From Strigamia acuminata (taxonomy: Eukaryota): DNA of 64,000 nucleotides. The notes below the pieces were generated by a model. That model did no database searches. It was not told where the DNA came from and saw only the letters and a list, made by a program, of their open reading frames with translations. Position numbers and translations under genes: made by a program. The DNA lies in the NCBI GenBank assembly GCA_949358305.1, contig OX442314.1:2480001-2544000 (forward strand), read 5' to 3'. Below, piece by piece: positions 38,757 through 49,627 of the stretch; the stretch's first letter is position 1; each line of letters begins with the position of its first letter.

Positions 38757-40961
38757 TTTTACACTGATCAGGCTGTCTTTTGTTTCAAAATTCACTGTTA
38801 GTAACTTTTCAACAAATGATTCGCTAGTAGTTTCAGCTGTGTCAATGAATAACATTAGTGTAATTTAGTGATAAATGCTAGTTTGTAGTTACGAAATTGA
38901 AATGTTGAGCATATTCTGCGTATATTATTAGTTTTCGTCTGAACAACAGTGTTATTTGAATATCCCTAAGCAAATACGTTTTAAAAATTGAGTTTTTACT
39001 AAACTTGTTTTTTCTTTTTTTCTTTTTTTTCTTTTTTTTCTTTATTAATTTTTTTACTTTCATTTGTATACTGACTATCTCATCAGTATTATTAGTTGCT
39101 TTCCAGAGTTCATCCATATCGTAACTTGTATTTTCAAAGTTCATCAGTGCATCAAACGTGGTTATGCATGGATCGGCTATTGATTTATATTTATTTGATT
39201 TCAGAATTTCTGCCCGAAGCTGGAATAGTTTTTATGTATTGACACTACAGATCATTATGTCAGGTAAATTAACATTTTCCGATCTACTGGTTATGTCAAC
39301 AGCGGTAGGATAACTTAAGTAATGCATTATTCTGTCGTATGTCTGATAAGTATTCATGCACATGCAAAATGAGAATAAAAGCAGCCAAAAGATGTGATGT
39401 TTGTCTCGTTTCCTACTCTTTATAAAATCATCTAAACCAATTAAATTGCAGTTGGGTTTGTGGGCATCATCCTTCATTAATTTGAGAATTGTCAGACAGA
39501 GTTTTCTTTTCCCTCTTCTGTATCTCCACGTCAAATTATTATTCTCCATTAATTCGGTACCTTCCAAGCTCGTAGAGATAGTGAATGAGTTTGATCTAAC
39601 TATTTGTTTGCTTGAGCACACATGCAGAGGGACTGCCAAACTGAAAAAGAAAACAAAATTATTTTTTTAACATCTGCGATGCTCAGTGGTGAGATGTCAG
39701 ATCCACCACAGCCTCAATGAGTGGTTGCATGGGCCACACGGGTGAGTACGGCAGAATAGTTATGTCCAACTGGCCACGTCACCCATGGAGATCCCTCTCT
39801 TGTGCGACAGGTCGGTTGCTTGTGTGGCATGCCTTTGTGGCACTGCCAAAACATGTGTAGAAGGGAAACCAATCCCTAGACAAATGGATTAAAGGCCAAC
39901 AAACCAACAATCTGGAGTCTTTGTCTATCTGATATTTACGTGAGTATGCGGCCCACCCCATGGTATCTAGTCCCCAGGTTATCCTGGGCAAGACCACAAC
40001 CTGGGCGAAATGGGAAAAATCTATCACTGTACTTTTTTGGGTGCAAATGAGCTGGTCTGAATGGAAAACACGAATGTCCAAATGTTTTTCAGTTCCAAAT
40101 TCTTAAGAAATTGTGGGAAACTTTAAGTCTATACAGTACGTCAATTAACTATGGAATTAAATTTTAACAGCATTTGGGCCAAAAATCTGTTTGATTTTTC
40201 TTCCCATTTATAGATAAAATTTTGATTTAGGCATAGAATAACTTATTAAAATGAATTTTTTTTACTTAACCAAAACTTTCTTGAAAAGAATGAAAAGAAC
40301 CATTTAATTTGGTTTTTATTTTGGTGGTTTAATTTTTGGTTGTTGGTCAAAATCAAAATTTCTTAACTTTAAGCTGTTTTACTCAGCTTTAGAAAGCTTA
40401 CCTGAACTTTGGTGTGCAAATGATGACTTGAGCTTAGGATAAGACAGCAGACGAGGAAAATAAAACGTTGTTTGTTTCTAACACCGTACAGCTGTCGTGT
40501 GAGATATCTTAGAACAACTTGGCCCAGCTGACTCTCAGTATCTACAACAGCTTGCTTTCAAATGCAAAGAGAAAAACAAGTTAGTAAATCATTCATTTTA
40601 TGATGAAGATTATGCGTCATTAAAAAAGGCCTATGAATTATATTTCCGGTGTTTTTGAAATCAATCCTTGAGAGTTTTTAACGACATAAAAGTAGTTCTG
40701 TATCTTCAATAGAGTTGACCCAAACACCAGGAGCAAGTGAGCAATATTTGTTAAAAATGAGAATGAAAAATGTTTAATACACCTTCCACACCTCTTGATT
40801 ATAGAACTGTAAACAATTAGCTAATTGAACCCCGTCGCTTATTCGAACCCCGCAACTTTTTAAATTTTTTTAGATTGTTTCCAAGAAACGATAATTTTCT
40901 TGTTAAAATCGCTAATTTTTGCAAGAAAATTATCGTTTTTTAAAATTGAATGGTTTACTTT

Positions 40962-41170
40962 TTGGCTCTGTGTTTGACGGAGTCCGAGAGAGCCGTTTGG
41001 TTGTTATTTGCAACTGGAAAGAAACATGGCGGCGCATCTCGTTCTTGTCGGTCGAATGGTTGCGCGTCATCAAGTTGCATCACGGCTGCAACATGACCTG
41101 CACGTGTCGGTCGTATTTGTGCTACGTGTGTCGCGAGCCCATCGCCGACTACACAAGCGTTTCCAGAACA
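40962..41170 (+). pseudogene. Degenerate RBR E3 ligase RING2/Rcat fragment (copy 1)
   Basis: HGCN-MTCTCRSYLCYVCREPIADY matches the GCNxMxC..C.xC RBR motif (RNF216-like); frameshifted and isolated. Confidence 0.65.
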
Positions 41171-42066
41171 GAAGGTGAGACTTGATTCAAAGTGAAATAG
41201 TGAATCCAATTGCATTTCAACGCAGGTGTCCTATTGTCTGTATTGCGGTTGGTCATAACGGATTGCTGTAGAGCGATTTCAATAAGCATCAGCTATTGCG
41301 TTAAGGAAATTAACATGCTTCAAGCCTTCAAACTTCGTATTCCTTCAATTAAGAGCCGGCCTCGAATAAGAGCCGCGGCTGATGGAGCATGAATACCGTT
41401 TTATCGCGACAATACGGTATTTTTTTATTTAACGTAACGAATGTTTAATGTTCGCTACGTTCGTTATGTTGAATAGGGGAAAATTATTCTTGTACAAGTA
41501 TGAAAAACGTAAATTGTAGTTGCCGACGGTGCCAGTTTATTGTAGGGGCCGAGGTAAACCCATACCAGGCGTTTATTTATTTTTTGGTCTCGATTCCCTT
41601 TTGCATTCAATCTCAATTTTTTTTTGACATCCCCTTTTCACAAACAACATATTGGGTAAATACCAATATAAAAATGAAATAGTTAAAGAACAGAATTATT
41701 TTCATATATTTTTTTATTTTTTTGTTACTTTGGGTTAAAAATGACCCGGGTTGTATGGCAGAAGGATAGTGCTGGGCTTAAGCAAAGGGAAAAATGAATG
41801 GATAATTTATTACTCCGTAATTATTAATTAGAATTTAACCTTGCCTCGTCCCTCGTGTCAAATATAATTTAATTGCATTTCTCTTATTGTTAGTCATGAA
41901 ATCAATTGAATAGAAGTTTTTAAACTCCACATATGGCCATTAAATGTAATTACCATTCTCTCTATACATTTAAACTATCGCAATCCAGAGCAGTCACATC
42001 CTGCTAACAAGATCTTGTACAAGCCGCCAGTCAATTTGTTTCTCCCACTTGTTTCATCAATCGAAA

Positions 42067-42292
42067 ATGAAATATCTATCAATCATCTTGTTTCTTGTAA
42101 TTCTGTCGTACATGGGTGAGTTATATTTGTCACAAAAATAATTAATTTATTAGTGGGCATTGACATGTTTTTATCTGATTAGCAATGACGGCTATTGCAG
42201 GCTGTAAAGATGACGCTGCTTGCAGAGATCGTTGCAAAAGCAGAGGCAAAGAGGGCGGTGTTTGTAACGGCCCTTTATGCAAGTGCGGATAG
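42067..42292 (+). CDS. Defensin-like CS-alpha-beta peptide precursor (52 aa)
   Basis: Exons 42067-42115 and 42183-42292 with a phase-1 intron in the signal peptide: MKYLSIILFLVILSYMAMTAIA-GCKDDAACRDRCKSRGKEGGVCNGPLCKCG*. C-x5-C-x3-C-x9-C-x4-C-x-C spacing; AATAAA at ~42361. Confidence 0.88.
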
Positions 42293-42463
42293 CTCTGTAG
42301 CTATGTAGCTAGTAATGAGGAAAGGGCCAAAAGTGTGTAAACCTCGGGCTCCACCAAAAAAATAAAAATGTTAGCAATATTAAAACAAACAAAGAAGAGA
42401 GTATTATTAAATAAAACAAAATTGATTGGAAACTATGTGTTTTAAAATTGATTTGTTTACATG

Positions 42464-42670
42464 GTGGCTCTGTGTTTCACGGAGTCCGAGAAAGCCGTTT
42501 GATTTTAATTTGCATCTGGAAAGAAACATAGCGGCGCATCTCGTTCTTGTTGGTCGAATGGTTGTGTATCATCAAGAAGCATCACGGCTGCAACAACATG
42601 ACATGCAATGCACGTGCCGGTCATACTTGCACTACGTGTGTCACGAGCCGATCGCCGACTACAAGCGTAA
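42464..42670 (+). pseudogene. Degenerate RBR E3 ligase RING2/Rcat fragment (copy 2)
   Basis: IIKKHHGCNNMT...CTCRSYLHYVCHEPIADY; nucleotide paralog of 40962-41170. Confidence 0.65.
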
Positions 42671-42769
42671 CTCGCCTCTTCACCTTTCTTTACCCAGTAG
42701 TGCTCAGGACGACCCATAATTTCTGGAAACCTATCAAGCAATTATTTTACTATCAGAATAAATAATTAA

Positions 42770-42925
42770 ATAAATAAATTTAAATTTAAATAAATTTAAA
42801 TTTAAATAAATTTAAATTTAAATAAATTTAAATTTAAATAAATTTAAATTTAAATAAATTTAAATAAATTTAAATTTAAATAAATTTAAATTTAAATAAA
42901 TTTAAATTTAAATAAATTTAAATTT
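42770..42925. repeat. AT-only tandem repeat (AAATTTAAATTTAAAT)n
   Basis: Direct reading. Confidence 0.95.
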
Positions 42926-42939
42926 TACTTATGATTTAC

Positions 42940-43177
42940 TATTGCGCACGGCGCGGGCGGCCTCTCCGACTCCGTTCGCGGCCATAGCTGTTGTTCATGC
43001 GCCACTTGATTTGCGGGTCCGAGTTGCCCGTTGCTGAGCGGAAGAAATCCACCGCGCCAACGTTGGCCCCCGTCCTGTTCTTCGGCCGTACGACGAGACG
43101 AGCTGTGGTGCCTGTGCGGTGAGTGCATCCATCGCTAAAAGCACCACGAACGAAACAACAAACACCCCTCGATTCAT
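42940..43177 (-). pseudogene. Frameshifted signal peptide plus first Ig domain fragment (LAR-type receptor-like)
   Basis: MNRGVFVVSFVVLLAMDALTAQAPQLV, then in other frames VRPKNRTGANVGAVDFFRSATGNSDPQIKWRMN and AANGVGEA, resembling an I-set Ig domain of LAR-family PTPs. Confidence 0.55.
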
Positions 43178-44009
43178 GGAATCCAATGTTGTACTGGAAT
43201 CAATTGAGATCACTTATTGGCTCGAATTAAGGAAAAAGAGAAAAATTCAACTGACAGGAATTTATAAAAATCCTGATAAATGCATCATTTTCACTTTTAT
43301 TTAAAAATACGAAAAAAAAATGATGAAACGTTATTTAAAGTGAGGAAATCGTATCAAAATGCAAATATCATTTGCCTGGAAAAAGCTAAAAATAAAAATG
43401 TAACACTTTTCAATATTTTGTACTCCGTATAAAACAAGTGAAAAAATACAAATTTATGATACTGTCAAGAGCCAGTTTTGCATTACCCTACCACTATATA
43501 TTTTTTAAATTTCATTTTAAACATTTTGCATATTATGTATCTTACTAAAATGTAATTGTGCTTCTGGAGTACTCGAAGAACACGTCAGCCATTGATGTGG
43601 GTTGAATTACAAGTGTCTTTTCAACATGCTAATTTTGCTGGGGGATCAGCGCCAATTCCAAACAGTGATTAAAATATAGGCAATGCAGTGAAGCTCAACA
43701 CAGCATGGTAGAGTCCACTAAATGTCATTCAATCGAGCTACAGTGTTTGTCTTATTTTTTCTCAAAAATATTTTCCCGTAAAAACAGATTATTGTGTCTA
43801 CACATGTTTAGACTAACCAAATGGTGGTCTACAACTTCATAATTCGAAACTAATGTCTATCTTTAGCCACTTAAAAGATAGAAACTCAAAGTCAATGAAA
43901 CAATCATCATAGCCATTAAATTCGGCACGCTTGGTTTGCTACGATTTACATTGAAACGTCCAACTTTTAGAAATTTAAAAACATCATGTATCATGGCACA
44001 CCCCATCTA

Positions 44010-47000
44010 TTAATTGTGGGATTCGTAAGCCTGGCACAAACAACACGAGAACTTTTCGTCTTCAAACCAATTAGCTTCGTATTCGATGGAACAATGCATC
44101 ATCTTGACGAGGAGACATTGTGTTTGAAACCACACCGCTTCGTCGCTCGCTTCGTCGCTCGCTTCGTCGCTCGCTTCGTCGCTCGCTTCGTCTTTTAAAT
44201 TAAGCAGCTCCAACTTCGGACAGTTTTCGACCAAAAATGCCGCGCTTTCCATTTGCAAGCGATCCAAACTCAGATGTGTCAGATTTGTCAAATTTGCACC
44301 GTTCATCCCATTGAACTGCGTTTCTGTATAATTGCACAATGCCAAGGTCTTCACACCTGGACACAAGTTTACACATCTCTCCAACACCTTTCCATTATTA
44401 TCATTTAGCATTAAATGCAAAACACTCGACTTGATCGTCTCGGCTTTCGTGTGAGTGCATCCAAAGTCGGGCACGCCGTCAACGGTCAAATACTCGAGAC
44501 ACGGCGCGGCGTTGAACACCGAATGGAAGCAAACATTGTCCACTTCATAAAGAATGAGTTGGGTCAAACTGTTCATTTGTGGTGGGTGCAAATGGGCGCG
44601 GTAGTTGTCGCATGGGAATATATGGCCGATGTGGGCCGTCATGAGCTTTAATTTTGCAAGTTTTGATAAAGACGTTAAAAAAAGCAAGCATGCTGGGTCG
44701 TGGTCTTTCATCATTTCCAGTGGTTTCACAATTTTCACATGGCACAAGTTCGGGAAAACAGACGGCACTTTGTGCACCAAATTGTTGTACTTCTTCTTAT
44801 CTGTCAAGGTTATTGATATTCTTTTCAGCTGAGGGAACACCAGTTGTTGGTCTGACAGGGATTTAATGAGTTGGAGAGAGTCCAATTTCCAGCTGCATCG
44901 TATGTATTCGAGACGAGATAGGTTTTTCAAGGCCTTTTCTACTCCTCTTGCGGTCACGTTGGTGTAACCGAGCTTCAGCCGCTCCAAATTGTTCGCTACG
45001 GATTGCGGCGAGCAGAGATGTTCTATTCCTTGATCCGTCACACGACGGGCAGAACGCACCCACAGTCTCTTCAAATGCGGGCAGTGTTTAGCGGCTAAGC
45101 GCAAAGTGTAGTCGTTGCCGATTTTCTCGCACTTTGTCAAGAGATTCAATTCTTGCAGGTGTGTAAATGATCTTAGGACAAACTCGACGGTTTGAGGTGA
45201 ACGGAATTTCTGGCAGATCGAACAATGCTCCAAACATGGATCAAGATGTAAGGCTTTTAGGCTCTATGTCAAAGAGTGGAAGAAATTAATTAATTAAGTA
45301 TTTAATTTAAAAAAAAACTAAATCCAGTGTTGTATCGAACTAGAACTAATAGTTCGCGTTCGCGAACTTAGTTCGTAGTTCGCGAACTAAGAACGCGAAC
45401 TAGTTCACCTTTTTTGAAGAACTTAAAAAACGAACGAAGTTCGTTTTTTTAACACGAACTAAGTTCTAGTTCGTTAATTAGTTCGTTCCTCCGACGTTAT
45501 AGGTCACGGCCAATCATAGACGATTTTTATAGTATAAAACGAGTGTAATTTCATTGAATAAAACAACTTGTGATTTTCTTCCCTGACTACTTGTTGCGTG
45601 CTTTATTGTTTTGGTGGATTTGGCGGATTTGCAACAATAGTTTTCGTAATTCACTTTCGTAATCGCTTTTTCCGAGATCTGTTATCGTAATATGGAATAA
45701 ATTTAATAATTTAATAATTTTTTACAGTAAATAAATGTCTTCTTCCAGTATAAAATGGTGTAAATAAAAATTTGAATTCAGAAAAAAAAAGTTTGTAAAG
45801 TGAACTGAACTAGAACTGAACTAGAACTGAACTAGAACTTAGTTCACTTTGAGATTTTGGGGTGAACGGGAACTAGAACTAGTTCACTGAATTGAAAACG
45901 GTGATGAACGCGAACTAGAACTAGTTCGCGATTTAGTGAACGAGATACAACACTGACTAAATCAAAATTTTAGACCGAAATTCTACACCGAAAACGAATT
46001 TTAAATAAAGAACTAGTATTTTTGACCAATATTCGACATTTTAGACCAAAATACGACATTTTAGGCCAAAATTCGACATTTTAGACCAAATTTCGACATT
46101 TTAGACCAAATTTCGACATTTTAGACCAAATTTCGACATTTTAGACCAAATTTCGACATTTTAGACCAACATTCGACATTTAAAAGCAAAAATCGACGTT
46201 TAAAAGCAAAAATCGACATTTAAAAGCAAAAATCAACATTTTAAACCAAAGATTGTAGTTTTTATCCAAAGTGTTGATATTTTAGACTAGAATTTGCTAC
46301 GTTACGAATCGTAAGTGTAGTAATGGATTGGTAATACAGTGTAAGGTCTGTAGCCCGGACATAGAACGGGTACAAGAAAGTTGTCTGTACTAAGACGCTG
46401 TCCGCATGGGATGGAGAGGGTCATTTAATATTGCTGGGTGTAAAGCGGGTCCAAGATAGGATCTCCAAACCTGTCTGGGTTACAGAGCTTACACAGTATA
46501 TGGTAATTTCGGCCAGATTTTTTTTTAATTTTCGGGGCCTTGAAAATTCGGCCGATTTCCCGGAGCACTCGTTGAATTGAATGCATTTATTATCTTACGA
46601 AAGTTGTATCGGTATTAGATACAACGAAAACGATGTTGGTTAAGAATGTTACTTTTTTTCCAAATTCAAGCAAATTCAAGAATCTCAAATCCCCACTCAA
46701 GTGTAAATAATCGAAACACGCAAGTGTTTCATAACCCATTTCAATTGTAGAGTTTCGGGGTCATTGACACACGTTGCAGGGGGGGAGTCAGACTTGTGAC
46801 GCTGGGGGGACCACCAGCGCACGTTGCAAGGGGAAATCGAACTCGTGATACTTGATGATCACCAGCGCGCGTTGCTTGAGGGGGGGTCACCGGACGCTGC
46901 CGCCCCGTGACCACCCAGGCAAGGTAATTATTGTGAGCAGCCAATCAAGGCTGTCGTGGAAAGGGGGAGAAACCCTGGTTGTGTAAAATAAAGAGACACT

Positions 47001-47930
47001 TGAGATGGGGTGCCGTTCCAACGGCGAATCGCGTAAGGGCGAATCTGGCCATTCGGACGAATGGCGAATTTCGACTTTATTCTGTCCAAAAGCAGTCCCA
47101 ATGACAAATTTCTCCCAATTCGCCATTGGGAACGTATTTGGACCTTTCTAATGGCGAATTTGTGGGGGCGCACATTTAGCATGACAACAATTTACCACGA
47201 CAAGTCAGCTCAATTAAATGTTTTTATACCAAAAAAACCAGTAAGGTTAGGTTTGCGGGGGGGTCAAGGGGGGGCGCAGCCCCTCCTTGTTAGCCCTTCT
47301 TAGGAATTAAACCTAAAATATACGTTTCCAATGGCGAATTTTCCTAGATTCGCCATTGGAAACGTCAAAATAGCTTTCCAATGGCGAATTTTGAAAATTC
47401 GCCCTTAGACGATTCGCCATTAGAACGGGTCCCCTTGAGATATAGTTGTCAGAAAGCAAAGACGTGTTTCTTGTCCGCTATTTTCATTTCAACACAACAT
47501 TCAATGAAAGTTCACACAATCATGAGCAGCATTTGGAATAAATTTTCCCCTTCGTATTGTGTACGAAGTACGTGCGAAAGTTCCACTTTCAAACTTGTGG
47601 CTGCAAGAATAGAAAAGAAAGATTGAATTAAAGCGTTGATTCCTCTTCTATTTCATGAATTACGAATAAAAACTTACGCAAACACATCAAAACTTGGCTT
47701 AACTGTTGGAAAATGGTTTCCAAGTTTGCAGGTTTCATTCGGGAATCATCCCACACTGACAAGTGAATTCATTAACAATATGCCATTAACAAAATTGACT
47801 TTAACTATACTTATCGGGTCTGTTGGTTCCAAAGGTGGAGACGGAGATCGAATTTTAAGTACATTCCACGAAATATCTGCCATCGCTCTCAAACTCAGAG
47901 ATTTTAAAGATGAAACTCTACTCATTTTTG
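44010..47930 (-). CDS. Leucine-rich repeat protein (FBXL/AMN1-like LRRs) with a putative N-terminal BC-box-like motif
   Basis: Large terminal exon ~44010-45263 with LRRs (CPHLKRLWV..VTDQGIEHL, LERLKLGYTNVTARGV, CPKLELLNL) and a (DEAS)4 repeat. Upstream exons ~47520-47930 start MSRVSSLKSLSLRAM; the 5' structure is tentative. Confidence 0.7.
45325..45955. mobile_element. hAT-type MITE rich in GAACTAG subrepeats
   Basis: CAGTGTTGTATC / GATACAACACTG ends; perfect 8-bp TSD ACTAAATC. Confidence 0.92.
46020..46250. repeat. 20-bp minisatellite (TTAGACCAAATTTCGACATT)
   Basis: About 11 adjacent units. Confidence 0.9.
46337..46496. mobile_element. Short MITE related to the 20175 element
   Basis: TA|CAGTGTAAG...CTTACACAG|TA; shares TAGCCCGGACATAG and ATTTAATATTGCTGGGT. 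Confidence 0.7.
47007..47433. mobile_element. TIR MITE with GG ends and 8-bp TSD (Merlin- or Mutator-like)
   Basis: GGGGTGCCGTTCCAACGGCGAATCG / CGATTCGCCATTAGAACGGGTCCC; TSD CTTGAGAT. Confidence 0.8.
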
Positions 47931-48218
47931 TCAATCGCGGATCATCTCCGGCCGCCATTAGCAGAAGCTTGCTGGTCGACTGGCTGCGACCGGTCTTCGC
48001 CCGGTTCAAAAGCACACAACGACGCACCACAGCGCGCGAAATTTCAAATTCAAATTCCCTATTTGTCCAAGCTCAAACCTAGAAGCAGTCACGCGGGATT
48101 ACTCGGTTGTAATTGGTTGCACCTTGTGATTCTTCCATAAGCCACGGGATACGATATGACGTCATAAATGCGTATATGTGGTTTTAATTTTAACACGATT
48201 AGTCAAATTGCCGATAAA

Positions 48219-49627
48219 ATGAATGCAGAACTTGAAAACGTACCGTGTTTAATTTCATACAAATTAAACACTCACTCACGTGTCTCCAAACCCACAGCGG
48301 ACAGAATAATCGTTCTAAACAAGGATGCGGTAAAGAAATTGGTCGAATGTACGATTATTTAATCCAATTAAATGAAATTGTTTTTGAATCTCCAGTTTAC
48401 CATTGGTCGCGCTAATTCCGCCGATTTCGTCATCAAAAATTCAATCGTATCTTCGAACCACGCTATTTTCACCAGACGTAAGGAAGTGTGGCAAGTGATG
48501 GACGATAACGTACGTAACAATCGCTAAAACCATGATTTTCTAATTTTCATTTTTTAAATAATTGATAGAGCACGAATGGAGTTTACGTTAATGAGGTGAA
48601 ATTAGAAGCGCGCAAAGCCAAGAGACTCAAACATGGCGACACGGTTTGTTTAGGAGAGGAAACAGCGAGCCGGGAATTGTTGTTCACGTTCAAAAGTAAC
48701 TGGAGCGGAGCGAGAGATAGAGGTCCATCTGGCGGCGATAAAATGAAGAAGGAAAACGAGAGATTGGAAAGAGTTGAAGCGCATGCAGCGTGAATTAAGC
48801 CAGCAGAAGAGGAAAGCAGAGGAAACGTTGAAACGAAGGCTGAAGAAGAAGGAAGAGGAATTCGAAAAGAAAATGGCAAAAATTTTATTCTTTTTTATAA
48901 TTTTTTTTTAAATAATTAACAAAAATTAATTGTGATTAATTTTTAGGCGAATGAGAAGGAGAAAGTTCGGGCTCTGCGGAGAAATGAAGGAGAAATACAA
49001 TTTGAAAGATTTGTCGACAACATGAAGCGTCAGGTGGACGCTAATCGATCGCAGTTGAAGTTGGCGGAAGACGGCGATAAGATTCGGTTGGAACGGATGC
49101 TCGAAGTGAAGGAGCGACATCTGGCGATTGTGAGTAAGGAATTGGAGACCATGGCGGAGAAACACAAAAGTCAAAGCGAAATTGTGACGAAACTCAGCTC
49201 GGTGCTCGAAAGCGAACTCGAGTGCTGCGTTTGTTCGGAAATGATAATCAAGGTGATTTTCATTTTTGCTTTTTAATATTTATTAATTATTATATTTAAT
49301 CTAATGTTTCAGGCTGTTGTGTTGAATTGTTCGCATTCGTTCTGCTCGTACTGCATCAACGAATGGAAGATAGAAAAGTTTGAATGTCCGGTTTGTCGAA
49401 CAGAGATCACGAGCCAAACTCCGTCGCGAGTTTTAGATTCGATAATCGATTGCATGGTGGACACGTGGTCCAGCAAATTGAAAACTCGTCGTCGACGATT
49501 ACTTGAGAGTAGAATGAGCAACCAACACCAGCAAAGTGTGCAAGAACGTCCTGGATCTCGTCATTCTGTGCACGAAGTTGCTGTTCTACGATTTTCTTTC
49601 GGGCAACAATGTTATGTCTTAGAATAA
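48219..49627 (+). CDS. RNF8: RNF8-like FHA + coiled-coil + RING E3 ligase, with an apparent frameshift
   Basis: FHA (FTIGR...VSSNHA...STNGVYVN), coiled coil and RING (ELECCVCSEMIIKAVVLNCSHSFCSYCINEW...CPVCR) over five exons. Frame breaks near 48772. Confidence 0.75.

Larger units (their letters stand above)
28492..39640 (-). pseudogene. Multi-domain (concatenated) DEG/ENaC channel gene, apparently disrupted
   Basis: Exons 39058-39640, 38893-38965, ~38763-38836, 38185-38277, 38015-38121, 37171-37954, 37053-37110, 31711-31856, 31552-31661, 31157-31245, 31005-31101, 30828-30928, 28492-28846. Post-TM1 motifs YLSYPT..LPDIMIC and YYFDEP..FPLITFC; TM2 motifs SDLGGNLGLFLGLS and SNIGSVIGILTGLS. In-frame TAA at 39232-39234, a 1-bp frameshift and a missing junction exon. 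Confidence 0.85.

Noticed and set aside
39232..39234. Programmed stop-codon readthrough in the DEG/ENaC gene
   Set aside because: TAA-A is not a leaky context, and other lesions in the same gene favour pseudogenisation.
42995..43213. Neuropeptide precursor (signal peptide + QAPQLVSSY-GRR)
   Set aside because: Alternative frames give Ig-domain motifs (ATG.SDPQIKW, NGVGEA), so the GRR is more likely a frameshift by-product.
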